DNA of 64,000 bases from Narcine bancroftii (GCF_036971445.1 NC_091470.1:160766001-160830000), one strand, 5' to 3'; shown: positions 48,207-62,145, counted from the stretch's first letter. Notes: generated by a model from the sequence alone, not told the origin. Program-made: numbers and translations.

Positions 48207-49695
48207 TATGCATACACATTCTTTCCCAGCCTACTCTTTTTACACAGACATTAATTCAACACTGACTATCTCCATTGCCGGCTTAAAGGTGGGACAATAA
48301 TGATTCCCCCCCCCCAATTCCATGTTCGTACCTTTGACACAGAAGGTATGGGGGCGTGGCGTGATGGCGTAGGGAGAAGACATGGGAAGACACCCCCTCC
48401 TGGCAGAACTATTTAAAACCGTTTAAAAGTTTTAAAAAAATTTTTGTAACTGTTCACTATATTGCTGAAGTACCTTACAAACAGTCATGAGGAAAACTAA
48501 AGCCCAAACAGTTAAGAAAACAGCCATTAAAACTGCCAGCAATTACTGAAGAAACTTGGCCTACCTTGCACGTGGAGCCTTCGGAGTTGATTTCAACGCA
48601 GCCCCGACCCCAGCGTTCATCTAAGGGTAGGGTGCATGCCATGCTGATGCTGACCAAGGTGGCGCTGGTGACCGACATCGATCTCCAGACCAAGAGGATC
48701 AACTGCACATGCGTCTAGTCGGGTTGTGCCGATCCCTTTTCGATTGAGGAGGAGGACGTCACTGGAACGGAACAGGAGCAATTTGTGGAGGAGGAAACGG
48801 GCATGTTTAAGGCACAGAAGGTGTGGCGCAATATTCCTACCTTTGAAGTGGCTGTGTAAAAGGGGCCAGAGACTTTTGTCTTTGCCCTGCATTCCATTTG
48901 CAAATGTGTAACTTCCAATTTGATCAGTGTGACCTGTATTCACCAGTCTTCCTTGGATCAGGGTTTCCAGAGATTTGCTGGCCTCGAAGTTATCTAGCAA
49001 AAACTCTCAATGGAGCTGTATTTACTATAACAGATACCAGTGTTGATAGAGCTGGATTCAGTGCAACACAAAAGTCTGCAGATGCTGTGAAAGCACCAAA
49101 ATGCTGGAGGAACTCAACCGGGCTTTGCAGCATCTATAGTGTTCTTGAAGAAGGGCTCATAGCTGAAGTGTCTCCTATGGACACTGCTGAGTTCCTCCAT
49201 CATTTCTGTGTGCTTTCATTTATAAAAGGGGAGACGACAGTGCTGGTTCATGCAGTGCATCGGTCTGCTGCTGATCACAATCCGAAGGAAACATCCAATT
49301 CAGTCACTGAATAAAGTTGGTTAATCCTGCCAACGTGTCCCAGGTTTTCACCATGGGTGAAACAGGTGAGGGGTGGTGCAGGGTCCCACTGTTAGTTGCT
49401 ACTCTGGCCAAATCCCGGAAAGTGTGGATGGTTAGCAGGAATGCCGTTGGCTTTCATTTGTGGTTGAATAGCTGATTTCCTGGATAGAGTGGGGTGCCGA
49501 CTGCAGGATAAACTGTAGATTGAACCAAAAGACTCGGAAGCCAGAGCCGTGAGATTGTTGGTCAGACAGATAGTGTAATCGTCGCACATAATGAGAGGCT
49601 GGAACGACTCAGCAGGCCATTGCTGTCCCTCTCTCTCTGTGAATGTTTCCTGACTTGAGACCCTTCAGCTTTAATACTCGGAGCCTATCTTGCAA

Positions 49696-49708
49696 GGTTC
49701 AAAGGTCA
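49696..49708 (+). promoter_or_regulatory. Perfect DR1 nuclear receptor element
   Basis: GGTTCA A AGGTCA in DHRS3 intron 1. Confidence 0.45.
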
Positions 49709-50632
49709 GAATGATACAGCGCAGAAACAAGCCCTTTGGTGCATCAAGTCCACAGTAAACATCAAATACCTATTTACACTCATTACTTTATTCTCCCCAC
49801 ATTCCCATCAACTCTTCCTTAATCCTACCACTTGCCTACACACAAGAGATGATTTACAGTGGCCTACCAACCCAAACCCAGTCTTGGGGACGTGATTGGG
49901 TGGGGAAAATAGAAATCCATGGGGTGCAGGAGAACAGGGATTGAATTTTTCAGCACCTGGTCTGACTAAAACTCCTCCTTTCGCTCATTGATGGCGCGCG
50001 CACATGGCTGGTGGATGGGGGGGGGGCTGCGTTCATTGCCTTGGAGGAGAAGGCGGTGAGCCCTGCAGCCTAACTTGTGGTGCTTTTGGAGTCCCAGCAC
50101 TGATCTGGTGGCAGTTAAAGAACAGCTTGTGTAGTTTCAAGTTGGAATGAGGTTTCCTTGGCAGGGAGCTGCCTCGCTTCTTGATAAATTCTCTTTTTAA
50201 TAAGTGTAAACAGTGACTGTTTTGATTGCAATTTTTTTTTTGCGGGTAATTCTGCACAGCTTTGGATCTCCCAACCTGTCCCTTCCGCTCACTGGACCAG
50301 TGTATGGCTGTGCGGATCCAAGTCTGTGAAGCTGAAAATCCACCGTTTGTGTTGCTTCATTTATTTTGGCTCTGAATCACGTTGTTAACATGACTATTTG
50401 GCCATTGGTAGCATCACAGTAGAGTATGATCTTGACCTTGTTCTCCTATCTCCTTACAAGGACATCACTCTCACTCATACTTTCTTGGATCACTCAACCT
50501 TGATTACATTCTTGCACCATGTCTGTTTATTTTGTACGGGCTCCCTCTCTCTCTTTGAGTTCTCTCAAAGACGGGTTCAGAGTTCTATCAGGAGGAGGGG
50601 CAGGAGCACCTAACAGTTTAGTCACAGCCATA

Positions 50633-50649
50633 GGTTCAACAACAGGTCA
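50633..50649 (+). promoter_or_regulatory. DR5 retinoic acid response element
   Basis: GGTTCA ACAAC AGGTCA, perfect consensus, in DHRS3 intron 1. Confidence 0.7.
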
Positions 50650-52158
50650 GCCCCACGCTGCTGATGTCATTAATCTTGTTTACCACAGGAGAGGAAGTGT
50701 TTGTCTGGTGGTGGGGTAGGGAGGGGGGGGGGGGGGTAGGAGGTGTGGTGCTGAGAAGTTCACAGCCCAGAGCCAATTACACTCCCTTGCAAGTAAGTGG
50801 TAGATGGCAGACCTCAATCTCATCCTGGGCTGTTGGATTTTATGATGAGTTATGAGGGCCGCAAGGCATTCTGTAAATAAAACGAACTGAAAGAAGCCGA
50901 TGACAACTTTTTATAGCTTATTGTGAGTATCAGAGCTCAGCAGTGTTTTGTAACCCTGGGTTATCATGCCAGAAATGAGGGGCGCAGGATATTTTGAGGT
51001 GCAGTGGTGGTTACGCTAGCAAACTGGTAATCCAAGGATCTGGACCAACAATTCGGAGGTCCAGGCTGAAGTTCCACTGTGATTTATTGTAATTCAAATT
51101 TGGCTAATAATCTGAAATTAAAAGACCATACAACTATTTACAGCACAGAAACATGCCGTTGGTCCTTGCTAGTCGGTGCTGAACATCATCTCCCACCTAT
51201 TCCCACTGGCCTGCATTCGGCCCATAACCCTCCACACCTCTCCCGTCCATAGACCTATCCAACTGTTCCTTGAATATTAACATTGATCTCACTTCTGCCA
51301 CCTCTGTCGGAAGTTCATTCCATTACCCCCACCACTCTCTGAGGGAAGAAATCCCCCCCAAACTTTTCCCTTTTACTGGGAATGAAAGATTTCCTAACTT
51401 GTTTGAAAAGTGCTTCGGGGGGAGAGGAAGAACTGCCCTCTTTGCTCTGTTTGTCAGAGTTGGGACTCTGGACTGACTAATCTGGTTAACCTTTTGTATA
51501 CCTTCTGAGAAAAGGCTGGAAGATGCTTTTTTTAAAAAAAAATGTGTGAGCATTAAAGGATGTCCTTGATTTTAACAAAAAACGGTTAATGTTACAATAA
51601 TCCATCTGCCCCTGAGAAATACCATATTATTCTTTCTAGAGTGTGTACACTCGCTCTCTCTCTCACCTCCAGCTTCCAACAGTTCGTCCACTGGACTGGG
51701 TGTTCTTCAACAGCAGATGGAACTGTAAGGTTATTCCACCTTATTGGACCTCGCCACTGAACTTGTTCTATGTGGATGCTGCATCTACCCAGCTGGTTTG
51801 GCCTGCTGGTGGGAGTGCGCAAAATGCCAAGGATTGAGAGTTGAATATAGGGCTGGTTTTAGGAGGGTTTTAGCTGCTGAACTTCTGGATCGCTCCAGCA
51901 ACTTGCTGGGTGATTTTGGGGAGAGGCTGGTAATGAAGGCAATCCCATCAGTGAAAGAATGTCTGCTTTTTTTCCCCCCCCCCCCCCCCCAGAGTGGTGC
52001 TCTTTCAGGATCGTATCAGGTATACACCTGCCCAGTGCCTCTCCACCTCTGCCCAATGTCCAAAACGCCAGTTCTACCCAATGCTGGCAGTAATACACAT
52101 TCTATTAGGGTAGCGGGAAAACTATTAGAAACAGACAGTTTAAATGTGCTTGCAAAAG

Positions 52159-52175
52159 TGACCTCAAATTGACCC
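52159..52175 (-). promoter_or_regulatory. DR5 retinoic acid response element
   Basis: Plus strand TGACCT CAAAT TGACCC (GGGTCA ATTTG AGGTCA on minus), abutting an AP-1 site TGACTCA at 52176-52182. Confidence 0.7.
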
Positions 52176-52778
52176 TGACTCATCAGTACTTGATGTGAAA
52201 TTTAATTTCCCTCCAACATAACTGGCTTAGTCATGCACTGGATTCCAGCCAACCACTCATTAGCTGAACCACAAATTTCATGGCTGTGGATTCTTTCTTT
52301 CTTTCTCCACAGATGCCGAGTGTTTTCAGCATTTTGTGTATAATTTCTGATTTCCCGTAGCATTTTTGCATGGGTCCCCCGCAATAATACCTGATAACCG
52401 AATACTTTCTACAATCTAATTCGTGTGCAGTGCATGGGCTAGCAAGAAAGTTTCATGAAGTGTCTTTCTATTAATGCAGGATTGAATCCACAGATGAATG
52501 CAGACTGGATACTGTTGACATGTAAATGGGCCACTGTATAGTCTGCAGCTTGTAGATACATGGCTGTATCTAACTCATTCCCCACGCCCACCCCTTGTGA
52601 TTGGCGTGAGAGATGCTCTTAATGACTATTGGAACCCCTGTTTGGAGACGCCTTCCAGATGGAATACTCTGAAGGATGAATGTTCTCAAAATGCAAAAGC
52701 AGAGGTGCTGCATGCTGCCAGGGACCTCTAGAATGTTCACAGGTATTCCTGGAAACACTGCTCTGGAAGCTCTAAATC

Positions 52779-53452
52779 AGGGGCTGGGCAACTTTTTAGA
52801 AAAAACTCCCCTCCCACCTTGTCTTCCCTATGCCATAAGTGCTCTGTGATTGGCAAGGGATGACTTAAGGTGGTATGTGAGTGGGAAGGGAAGGTTGAGA
52901 ACCACTGCTCTAGACACAATTGCTACTGAAATACTTTGCTTGAGAAAAATTGTCATTGGCCCATTTCCTTTAGAGTTACGAAACCGTGCACATAACGAGT
53001 CAATTAGGTACAATTAAAACAATGGTTTTCAAAGTTTTTCTTTCCACTCACATCTTTCTTCTTTGGCTTGGCTTCGTGGACGAAGATTTATAGAGGGGTA
53101 TGTCCACGACTGCTGCAGGCTCGTTGGTGACTGACGTCCGATGCGGGACAGGCAGGCACGGTTGCAGCGGTTGCAAGGGAAAATTGGTTGGGTGTGGGGT
53201 TTTTCCTCCTTTGTCTTTTGTCAGTGAGATGGGCTCTGCGGTCTTCTTCAAAGGAGGTTGCAGCCCGCCGAACTGTGAGGCGGCAAGATGCACGGTTGGA
53301 GGCGATATCAGCCCACTGGCGGTGGTCAATGTGGCAGGCACCAAGAGGCACCACTCACATACCACTTTAAGTAATCCCTTGCCAATCACAGTGCCCTTAT
53401 GGCACAGGGAATACTTAAGATGCAATGAGAATTTTTAAAGGTTGCCCACCCA
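52779..53452. mobile_element. hAT-like non-autonomous element with a nested RTE insertion
   Basis: CAGGGGCTGGGCAAC..GGTTGCCCACCC termini and internal inverted blocks (GTGATTGGCAAGGGA / TCCCTTGCCAATCAC). Confidence 0.55.
53054..53350 (-). mobile_element. RTE-clade (BovB-like) LINE 3' end
   Basis: LGACHIDHRQWADIASNRASCRLTVRRAATSFEEDRR, GAA-type tail, and 10-bp TSD CCACTCACAT (53044-53053 and 53351-53360). Confidence 0.8.
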
Positions 53453-55249
53453 GACTTTAAACTCTGCCTGAATGGATGTGGACAAAATACTTCAGTGATA
53501 CACTGGCATTAAAATAGGCCTGCCATACTGTGCTGTAACCTCTCCCTAGCCATTCCTACTGGAAAAAGTACTAATTTGGGATTCTGGTGATGTATATCAG
53601 CACCCAGAGGCTTACACATAGCAGTTCGTACTCTGTCTTGTCATGAATGCTCAAGGAATGTCTTGGTGCACTGCTGAGATCAAGTGGACTCTTATTTGGC
53701 ATGCAGCCAATAACCCTGAACCCGACACGCTTTCAATTCAGAACTCGCTGACCATAAAATTACCGAGGGCAGCTTCTTGCTGAAGTGGAAAACCTTGTAG
53801 GGCCAGCCTGACACAGGCTCCACTGAGCTTCCTGTCCATGACCCTCCCTCTGCCTGACCTGCCAGGTGGAGAAAGTACAACTGGCAGAAGACCCCAAATG
53901 TTTCAGTCACCAGGTGGGTCATGGAAACACTAACCTGAGCAACCCTCTGACTGAGGTGTGGGTGGGGTGGGGGGCGGGGGAAAGAGAGAGAAGGGGGTGG
54001 TTTCAGACCATCATCTAGTTGGCTAGGCTGATGGATTGAGTTTAGGGTAAGAATGAGAGAACATTACAGCACACTACAGACCTTTGGCTCACAATATTGT
54101 GTTAACATATTTAAACCTGCTCCACGTGAACGATGCAACATGTCCCTAAAGGTGGCTAGAATCCTAAATTTCAACTCTGACCATGGAGGTAGGGTTTTAC
54201 AGTAAGTATTCAAAGGTACTTTTTTTGGTTGCTTTTGGAATTTCTAAATGGAGGGTCATCTTGAAGTTTGTCTAGCTCCTATAAAGATAAGGTCTCACAG
54301 GATTTCCCTGGCATCGTCAATAAGTTTGTTGTCATTTTTTTTAGTGCAATGTACTAAAATTCTTGCTAGTTGCAGTCAAGCAGATAATATGTTTTTTTAA
54401 AAAAAAACTCTAATAGTAAATGATCCCAGAAATAGAAAGAAATAATAAATATAAAATATGAATGATAAATATTTACATCAGTGAGTGCAATTGGGGAAAA
54501 CAAAGCAGTGTTTCAATAATGCAGTCAATTTTGTAGTGGCAAAGGTTCTTCAGGAAAGTTTGTTAAATGCAAATTAAAAACAGGCAGATTTATTCAAATT
54601 TGAACCCTCAAATAATTGAAATTGAATCTTTTATTTCTAACGAGCTGGGTAGTGGAAGGGTTAACTTGTTGAGGCAACTAATTCTGACTGCAGCAGACTG
54701 ATAAAAGGGGAAGTTGTGCCTTGAACTTTTTCCCTTTGTTTGAACTGCTGGAGTGTTGCATAACACAGCCTACTGCTCCTCCTGTGAACCTTCCGGAACT
54801 TCAATGCACAATCTGCTTGGTGACCTCCATTCCTTCTGACACTGTTCTAATCACTGCAATGAATTGAAGCGTCTCTTGACAGAGACCACTTTGCTTTAAG
54901 CGTAGTAAACCAGAGGGATTATTTTGGAAATTATTATTCTATTGCCTCCACTTGTTGGCAGTACGGTTGGTTCCACAGGGTTACAGTGGCAGGGACCAGG
55001 CTTCGAATCCACTGCTGTGTGAGCGGAGTTTCTACGCTCTCTCTATGTCTGCGTGGGTTTCCTCTCACCCTTCAAAAACGTATGGGGGTTGGAGGTCAAT
55101 TGGGCACGGGCTCATGAGCTGAAAGGGCCCTATTACTGTGCAGTGTGTCTGAATTTAAAAAATTAAATAGGTGGGTGAGACCATCATCAGAGGGAAGAAA
55201 TGGGGGGGGGGGGGAAGGAAGAGGAGGGTTAGAAGTGAGTTAATGTCAA

Positions 55250-55840
55250 TAACATTCGCAACTGACAACTGATAATTTCCACAAAATCCAATGTTGTTTT
55301 TATTAGGTAATATTGTAGGGATAAGACCAAAATTGAAATTACCTGTCTATCAAAAAGAATTTGTAGAGGTTGAATTAGGAGTAGCGAGAAAATGTAAAGC
55401 AGTAACTTGGAAATCGGACTCTCGACTGGATATGGAGTGAGGGAATGCAGAAATACATAGTTGCGTTCCCCTTGAAGGTGACTTGCAATTTAAGAAATAA
55501 ATATGATGTATTTGTGAAAATTTGCCACCCATATTGACAAATGGCAGATGTAAATTTATGGATATTTTCCTTAAACTTTGAGAACCTTGCTAACCTCCTT
55601 GGAAGAATTTAAAAATGTAAATTGTTAGAACCACGTGGTGATTTCCTCTTGGCAATCAGGTCTTGTCTCTTTTACTTTTTTTAATCTCTTTTTATCTATT
55701 TCTTTACTTTATTTGGGGACTTACTGTAAGAGGATGGGGTTTATACTATGTTATAAATGAACTGATATTAATAATTGATTATTTTTGTATTCTTTATGAT
55801 TACATGTATGGCTAAAAACTTACAATATTGAAAAAAAAAT
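55250..55840 (+). mobile_element. L1-clade LINE 3' end
   Basis: Decayed ORF2 C-terminus FPQNPMLFLLGNI..VARKCKAVTWKSD, T-rich 3' UTR, and A-tail near 55831-55839. Confidence 0.65.
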
Positions 55841-56811
55841 TAGCAATTAGGAGGAAAATAGTGGACAACCAGCTTTCACCTGGGCTTCCACTGTCTTGGC
55901 CGATGAGTGATACCTCTAGGTAACAGACGAATGGGAATCCTCCACCCGAACATTAGTCAGTACTCCTTTATTTTAAAAAAGGTTGTGAGGGAGGGGGAGG
56001 GAAGAGTGTTAGCTGTCCCATTTGTTCTGACATCTGGCCGTGCAGACGTTATCTGCCATCATATTCCTAATACACTGGCACGACAAAAAAAAAACTGTCT
56101 GCAATATTGTAATACCTCCTTTTTTTTCTTGTCCTAATTAAGTAATTTACTATTAAAACTTTGGTTTTAAAAAACGAAGTACAGTACCTGTTGCAGCTAG
56201 CAAGAATTGTGGTGCACATCTATGTTGTACCAATAATAACAATGCCCTTCCATTAAGAAACTTAAAAAAAAAACCTTTGAATATTTACTGCAAAACCCTA
56301 CAACTAGGATCAGAGTTGAAGTTTAGGATTCGAGCCTCCTTGAGGGACATGTCACATTGTTCATGTGGAGGAGGTTTAAATAGGGCAGCATGACATTGTG
56401 GGTCAAAGGGCTTGTAGGGTGCTGTAATGTTCTCCATTCTTTCATTCTTATCCTTGACTCAATCCATCAGCTCTAGCAGACTAACAACAGTCTGAATGAC
56501 CCCCCCCCACCAACCCAGTCAGAGAGCTGTCCAGATGAGTGTGCCCATGACCCACCTAGAGCTTTCTGCCGGTGCAACATTATGCTCACTTCTAAAAGGA
56601 ACTTCATAGAAGTGAATATTGATTTCTGATTCTGTACTCAAGAGGAAGATAATGCAGACCCGACCAGTCCAGCTCCCTTAAACCATGTGCTTCTTTGATA
56701 GTGGTATGTTGGATGCTCCAGGGATACCACAGGTTCTATGTCAATGCACAAGGAGAAGGAGGAATGGCCGCACAATGTTACTAACCCTGTTTTCTGATCC
56801 TCTCTTTGTAG

Positions 56812-56955
56812 ATCATCGTGTGGGGTCGGACAGAGAAATGTCTCAAGGAGGCTTGTGAGGAGATCCGCAGCTTGGGTGTCGAGTGCCATTACTTTATCTG
56901 TGATGTGGGGAACAAGGAGGAGGTTTACCAGCAAGCTAAAGCCGTACGGGAGAAG
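56812..56955 (+). CDS. DHRS3: DHRS3 exon 2
   Basis: TGTAG acceptor; [48 protein letters not shown]; GT donor; 144 nt. Confidence 0.95.
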
Positions 56956-57791
56956 GTGGGGCTCTGTTAGAAAAATTCTTGCCAATTAATGTCTGCCTGT
57001 GGGCAACTGTTTCTCTCTGTGAGCAAATCTGGGCAAGTAAAGCCGCTGTTCTGGTAGAAGACAAAACGAATCCAGTCTGTCTTCCCTGCCATGAAAATTT
57101 AACCCTTTGGACTCTGGCCATTTTTAACCTTTCATAATATATATGGTATTCTGGACTGACTGGGTCCATGGGTTAGCATTTACAGTACGAGTACCAGTAA
57201 GAACCAGTTGGTGGTTGGGTATAGAACCCATCCTGGTTTTACATAGAATATATGCTTGTTGGTAAAACCAGAACACTGCATATATCCACTTGTTGGTAAT
57301 CTCTGAAAGCCGGGACGTGGAATCCAAAGGGTTCAAGTTCCTGTCATAATAAGAGAATTTTCCTGGACTCCATGTTGAAATTTGTCTCTCCAAGAAAGAA
57401 TTGCCTTGCTGAGAGTGTGACTGACTCATGCCACAGTTTCCACACCACCAATAGGGCTGATCTCCTGGGCAAGTCTCTCATCCGCATGTATTTGTCTTCA
57501 GCAAACTAGATGGGCCTTTGGTCAATTGCCTTTCAAATCTTCCCTTTGGAGCCTGAAAGGACCAAATAATAATCTTGTAGCTGTTTAGGGGGTGTTGTTT
57601 GGCATAAATTGGGTGCTCCTATTTCCTGTCCTACAAAGTAGCTTCAAGAGATGCCCCACATAATTTTGATGCTTTTTTTTTGTCAGCAAGGTACCCAGTT
57701 GAAATTTGACCTTGAGTGTGAGATCATTTTATATTAGTAAATTGAGAGCGGGATGAATCAACACGTGATCCATCACTTTGTTTGTGTGCAG

Positions 57792-57911
57792 GTGGGTGAC
57801 GTCACTATCCTGGTGAACAATGCTGCAGTGGTTCATGGGAAGTCTCTCATAGACAGCGACGATGACGCTCTCCTGAAATCCCAGCATATCAACACACTTG
57901 GCCAGTTCTGG
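57792..57911 (+). CDS. DHRS3: DHRS3 exon 3
   Basis: TGCAG acceptor; [40 protein letters not shown]; GTCAGT donor; 120 nt. Confidence 0.95.
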
Positions 57912-59236
57912 GTCAGTAAACAGCCTCTTGCTATATACAGCTAGTTTCAAGCCTTTCTGTTCATGTCTCGTTAATTACACTGTCATTTGAAGATCTAATA
58001 GCAAATGCTGGTATGCGATACACATAGGACAAGTGTTGCACTAAAGGTTTTCTGGCCAACATCTCTCTCAACTGTGCCAAGACCAGATTAGCAGCCCATC
58101 CTTCTTTTTCACCTTTGTGACGTCTGGCATCAGAATGGTCACACACTTCTAAATTTGCTTGAGTGATATATTGGACGATCTGAAATGTAATACAACGTTT
58201 CGGCAACCTTATTTTAAAGTTCACGCCAACCTTCCCGAATTCTGCTGCCTGGTTGGTTCCCAGATTATCAAGGTCAGATCAAGTTTATTGTCCTCTGATT
58301 GTACAAGTACAACTTGACAAAACAGCGATTTTTGGTCCTTGGTGCAAAGCAGATAAACATACAACCAGGGGACGCAGCACTAATTTTTTTTTAGGTGCCG
58401 CAGCTCACCAAAAATGGTGACAAGAAGGTGCCTGGAGCGGCCTGATGAGATGCCGGAGTGGCGCTCCAGTGAGATGAGGCAGCGCTGAACCCCAGACATA
58501 ACTCACATACAGACAAACAATACATTTGCAGGTTAAGTGTTTCATCCATACAAATAATATGAGATTCTCAGAGGGCCTGTGTGAGCAGTTCCTTTGGTCG
58601 TTCACCATTCTCACTGTCCGTGGGAAGAAGCTGTTCCTCAGCCTGGAGGTGCTGGCTCTGATCCTCCTGGATCTCTTTCCCAGTGGAGCAGCTGAAAGAT
58701 GCTGTGTGTGAGATGAAAGGGGTCCTCAATGATTTTGTGCGCCCTCTTCAGACAACGATCCTGGTAGATCACCTTGAATGGGGGAGGGTGGTGGGAAGAG
58801 AGAGGAATACTCTCTTCCACCTTTATTATCCAATGAGGTTGTACAGGGGTTTCAGCAGAAAGGTTTGAAATCTGTTTTCCTTGCTTGCTCTGCACTCAAA
58901 TCAAAGCTGTATTCTTCATATCTATTTTTGGTTGTTTTGGAAAGCCCAAATATAATTCTTGGAATCACTAATATTTTCTTGCTTGCATTGCAGTGGTGGC
59001 TCCTGTGTATCACATTTCACCTCTTGACTGCGGTTCAGAACAAGGGGAGGGATATCATACATTTAGATTGCTGTACATGGCTTTTAAAATCCACTGCATA
59101 GGTTTTCTATTTGGAACTGGAAGTTTAAAAAAAAAACTTTTACCTTCATCACTGAGTTTTCACCAAAATTTAGCATAAAGCAACAACATCTGATAATTTC
59201 CCTTGTATGATTCTATTTTATTTCTCTCCCACTCAG

Positions 59237-59475
59237 ACAACCAAAGCTTTCCTGCCACGGATGCTAGAATTACAACACGGACACATTGTTTGTATGAACT
59301 CTGTGCTGGCACTGTCTGCCATACCTGGAGCCATCGATTACTGCACATCCAAATCCTCTTCTTTCGCCTTCATGGAGAGTCTGACACTGGGGCTTCTTGA
59401 CTGTCCGGGAGTCCACGCCACAACCGTTCTTCCTTTCCACACCAGTACAGAGATGTTTCACGGCATGAAGACCAG
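59237..59475 (+). CDS. DHRS3: DHRS3 exon 4
   Basis: CTCAG acceptor; [17 protein letters not shown] (SDR YxxxK)..TEMFHGMKT; GTTAGT donor; 239 nt. Confidence 0.95.
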
Positions 59476-60844
59476 GTTAGTCCCAAGGGGATAAATTGTG
59501 TCACCTGTTTCAAAAGGGTAGTGATTTGCTTTCTTGATGGGTGATGGCCACTGATTTTCAATCCTGGAATGGGTGAGCAGGTAGATTCCAAATTGTTTTC
59601 CTTGGAAACTAAATCCTGTAGGGCAAGGAAAGAGAGAATGGTGCGAGAGAGTAATGTTGACATGGTTCCCTCAGACAAGTTCAACAACAGTACCAAATTT
59701 ATTGGGAGTGAGGGAAGCGGCCAGTGATGTTTTTGCAAATTAAATTCTAGAGACTTAAATGAAATGATTACTAATTTAATTAGCTTGTCCAGTAGTCTTG
59801 TGTGTTCCTGTCACCATGGGTTCCCTCTTGAAGAGTTACCAAGAACTGCATGAGGTGATTAATGACCCTAATGCTACGACTTAGCTACAATTCCAGTTAC
59901 TGCCTCTGAATGCTGGAACAGTGTATAATGCTGAAAATGACTATGTACAATATGCGGGTGCATAGGACGACCCTCAAAACTTAAAAATGTCACCTCAGAA
60001 TCAGTGGTTGTCTTCTACGCCAGGTCTAAAACTTGAACCTTGATGGCGAAGTCTCAAAACCACTGCCATCTTCCCACCGACTCCAATACAATCCTGTTAG
60101 TTATGAACAAAGTCTCAGCGCTCCCTCCCCATGGGGCCCATCCACCCAGTCTGATTGTTGCTGGCTCTGGAAGGGATTAAACAGTCTGTTACAGGAGCCG
60201 ACGGTGGTTTGTTTTAAAATGTGCTAATAAAGTTAAAATCTTTACAGGGTAATTTGTTATTAAAATGTTGTGTCAGCAGTAAGTGCCAGATTTGGGGGGT
60301 TGTCTTATACAAAGGGTATCACTCAAAACCTCTGTCTCGGGTGGAAATTCCAGCTGTTGTCCAATACACCAGCATAAACAATATTTACCCAGCTTGTGGC
60401 CAGTGCAGTCAACCATTTGCACTGAAATGATCAGACTTCACTCTCCAGTTCTAGGATACTGGGGCCTGTTACGAGCAGTCTGACCATTGGGCTGCAATCA
60501 CTGGATTGAACCTGGGAAACCAGGCTCAGTGTGGTCAGAATAGCACATTCTTTGCTCAAAGTTTTCCCTGTGGGAAATGTTAAATTAAGACCCCATTTTC
60601 AATAACGGGATGCTTGTCAGGTCTTCCCTGAAGCTGTTATATCTTGTGGTTAGTGGCAGGTCTGAATAATGGCCAGGGATTTGTTCCTTCTGTGTGAGAT
60701 TGCAGACTTGACTCTCAATTCCCACCACACATAATCCTCGTTTTGAATTCCACTGTGAAGGTGAATGTGGCTTCATCTATGTCTTGGGTTTGAACTGTAT
60801 GCTGATCTGTTCTGAGTGTTGATTTGCTTGGGGTTTTGTGACAG

Positions 60845-60970
60845 GTTTCCAAAGCTCTTCCCACCTCTCAAACCTGATACAGTCGCGCGGCGGACAGTGG
60901 AAGCAGTGCGGACTAACCAGGCCCTTCTCTTGCTACCCTGGACCATGCACTTGCTGGTCATCATGAAAAG
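60845..60970 (+). CDS. DHRS3: DHRS3 exon 5
   Basis: GACAG acceptor; [41 protein letters not shown]; GTGAGA donor; 126 nt. Confidence 0.95.
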
Positions 60971-62145
60971 GTGAGATTGATTCGGGGATCTTGCCTTGAG
61001 CATTTCCCCCCCACACTGCAGTCATAGTGGCAGAGTTCTTACAAAAACTAGCAGAAATTTTAATTTAATCAAGGAATACGCTTCTGCATTAAGAAATGGT
61101 GTGGTCAAGATAGGATGTAGAGGGATAAATTTAACAGGTGACTCTTTTCTGTTCAGTGAGAAAGAAGGCTAATGTTATCCAGGGTTTCAGACCAAGGAAC
61201 TGTAGTGTTCTTTGCATAGTTCAGTACCACCCACCAAGATGCAGTTAAGGTTCATTTGTTACCAGTGCCTGTGACAGTCACAAGTGAAATGAGTGTGTTG
61301 ATATTATCTGTCAAGCCTCCTGGCATTGCCTCAGATCGGAGCTGCTCAATAAAAATAATTTGTTGCATCTGAGTAATCAACAAAGCTTTAATTAGAGGGT
61401 AATTATGACCTGGTATGATTTATAAATGGGTCATTTGGTGAAACTGGTGAATTTGAAATGGCTGTGTGGCCTGGGAAAAGTCCCATTCTGATTCAGACAT
61501 GGTGTTGAAGTAACTTCCAGTGAAGATTTGGATCTGGCCTGGCTGTGTTCAGTTTCACAACTGCTGTGTGGAATGTAACAGACTTGCTGATGAGATGAAG
61601 TTTCGTTGGAAGAGATGTTGGAGCGTTAATGATGAGGGAGAAGTTAGAATTGAGAGAACGATGGGGGGGGGGGGTGAGGAGAGGGAAGCAGGAAGAAAGG
61701 AATTAGCATTTTTTTAAAATGTGTTTGGCTTCTGAGGTCTCCCACCATCATATCCTCTTCCTTTTTGACTCCTTCAAGGGTGGGAACATGTGACTTGTTT
61801 TTGGAACTTGCCAACAAGGAGAATGGTTCTCTAAGTGTATCAGATGCCAATTTATAGTATACATTAATCAAAAGGTGCTTTTCAATCAGAATTCCAAGGA
61901 ATACAACCCAAGTCTTTAGAAGCCAGGTGTGAGATAGTGGAGCACCATTAACTTTGGTGGCTTTACAAGTGGTTGATCTAATGAGCACCTGGAAGTTTGG
62001 GTATCTCACCTACAGAGGTAAAGGTCTTCAGGGAAAATCTTATGTTGGATGATGCTTCACGATGCTTAAAAAGAGCAGCTGGTTTGAGAACTAACATTTT
62101 AAAGCAAGTAGAATCTTTCTGACTTCTTTTCCTCCCTGGTTGCAG

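Noticed and set aside
48350-48950. CpG-containing block resembling an L1 5' UTR/ORF1 start or an alternative DHRS3 promoter
   Set aside because: Frameshifted with no diagnostic motif; too uncertain to call.
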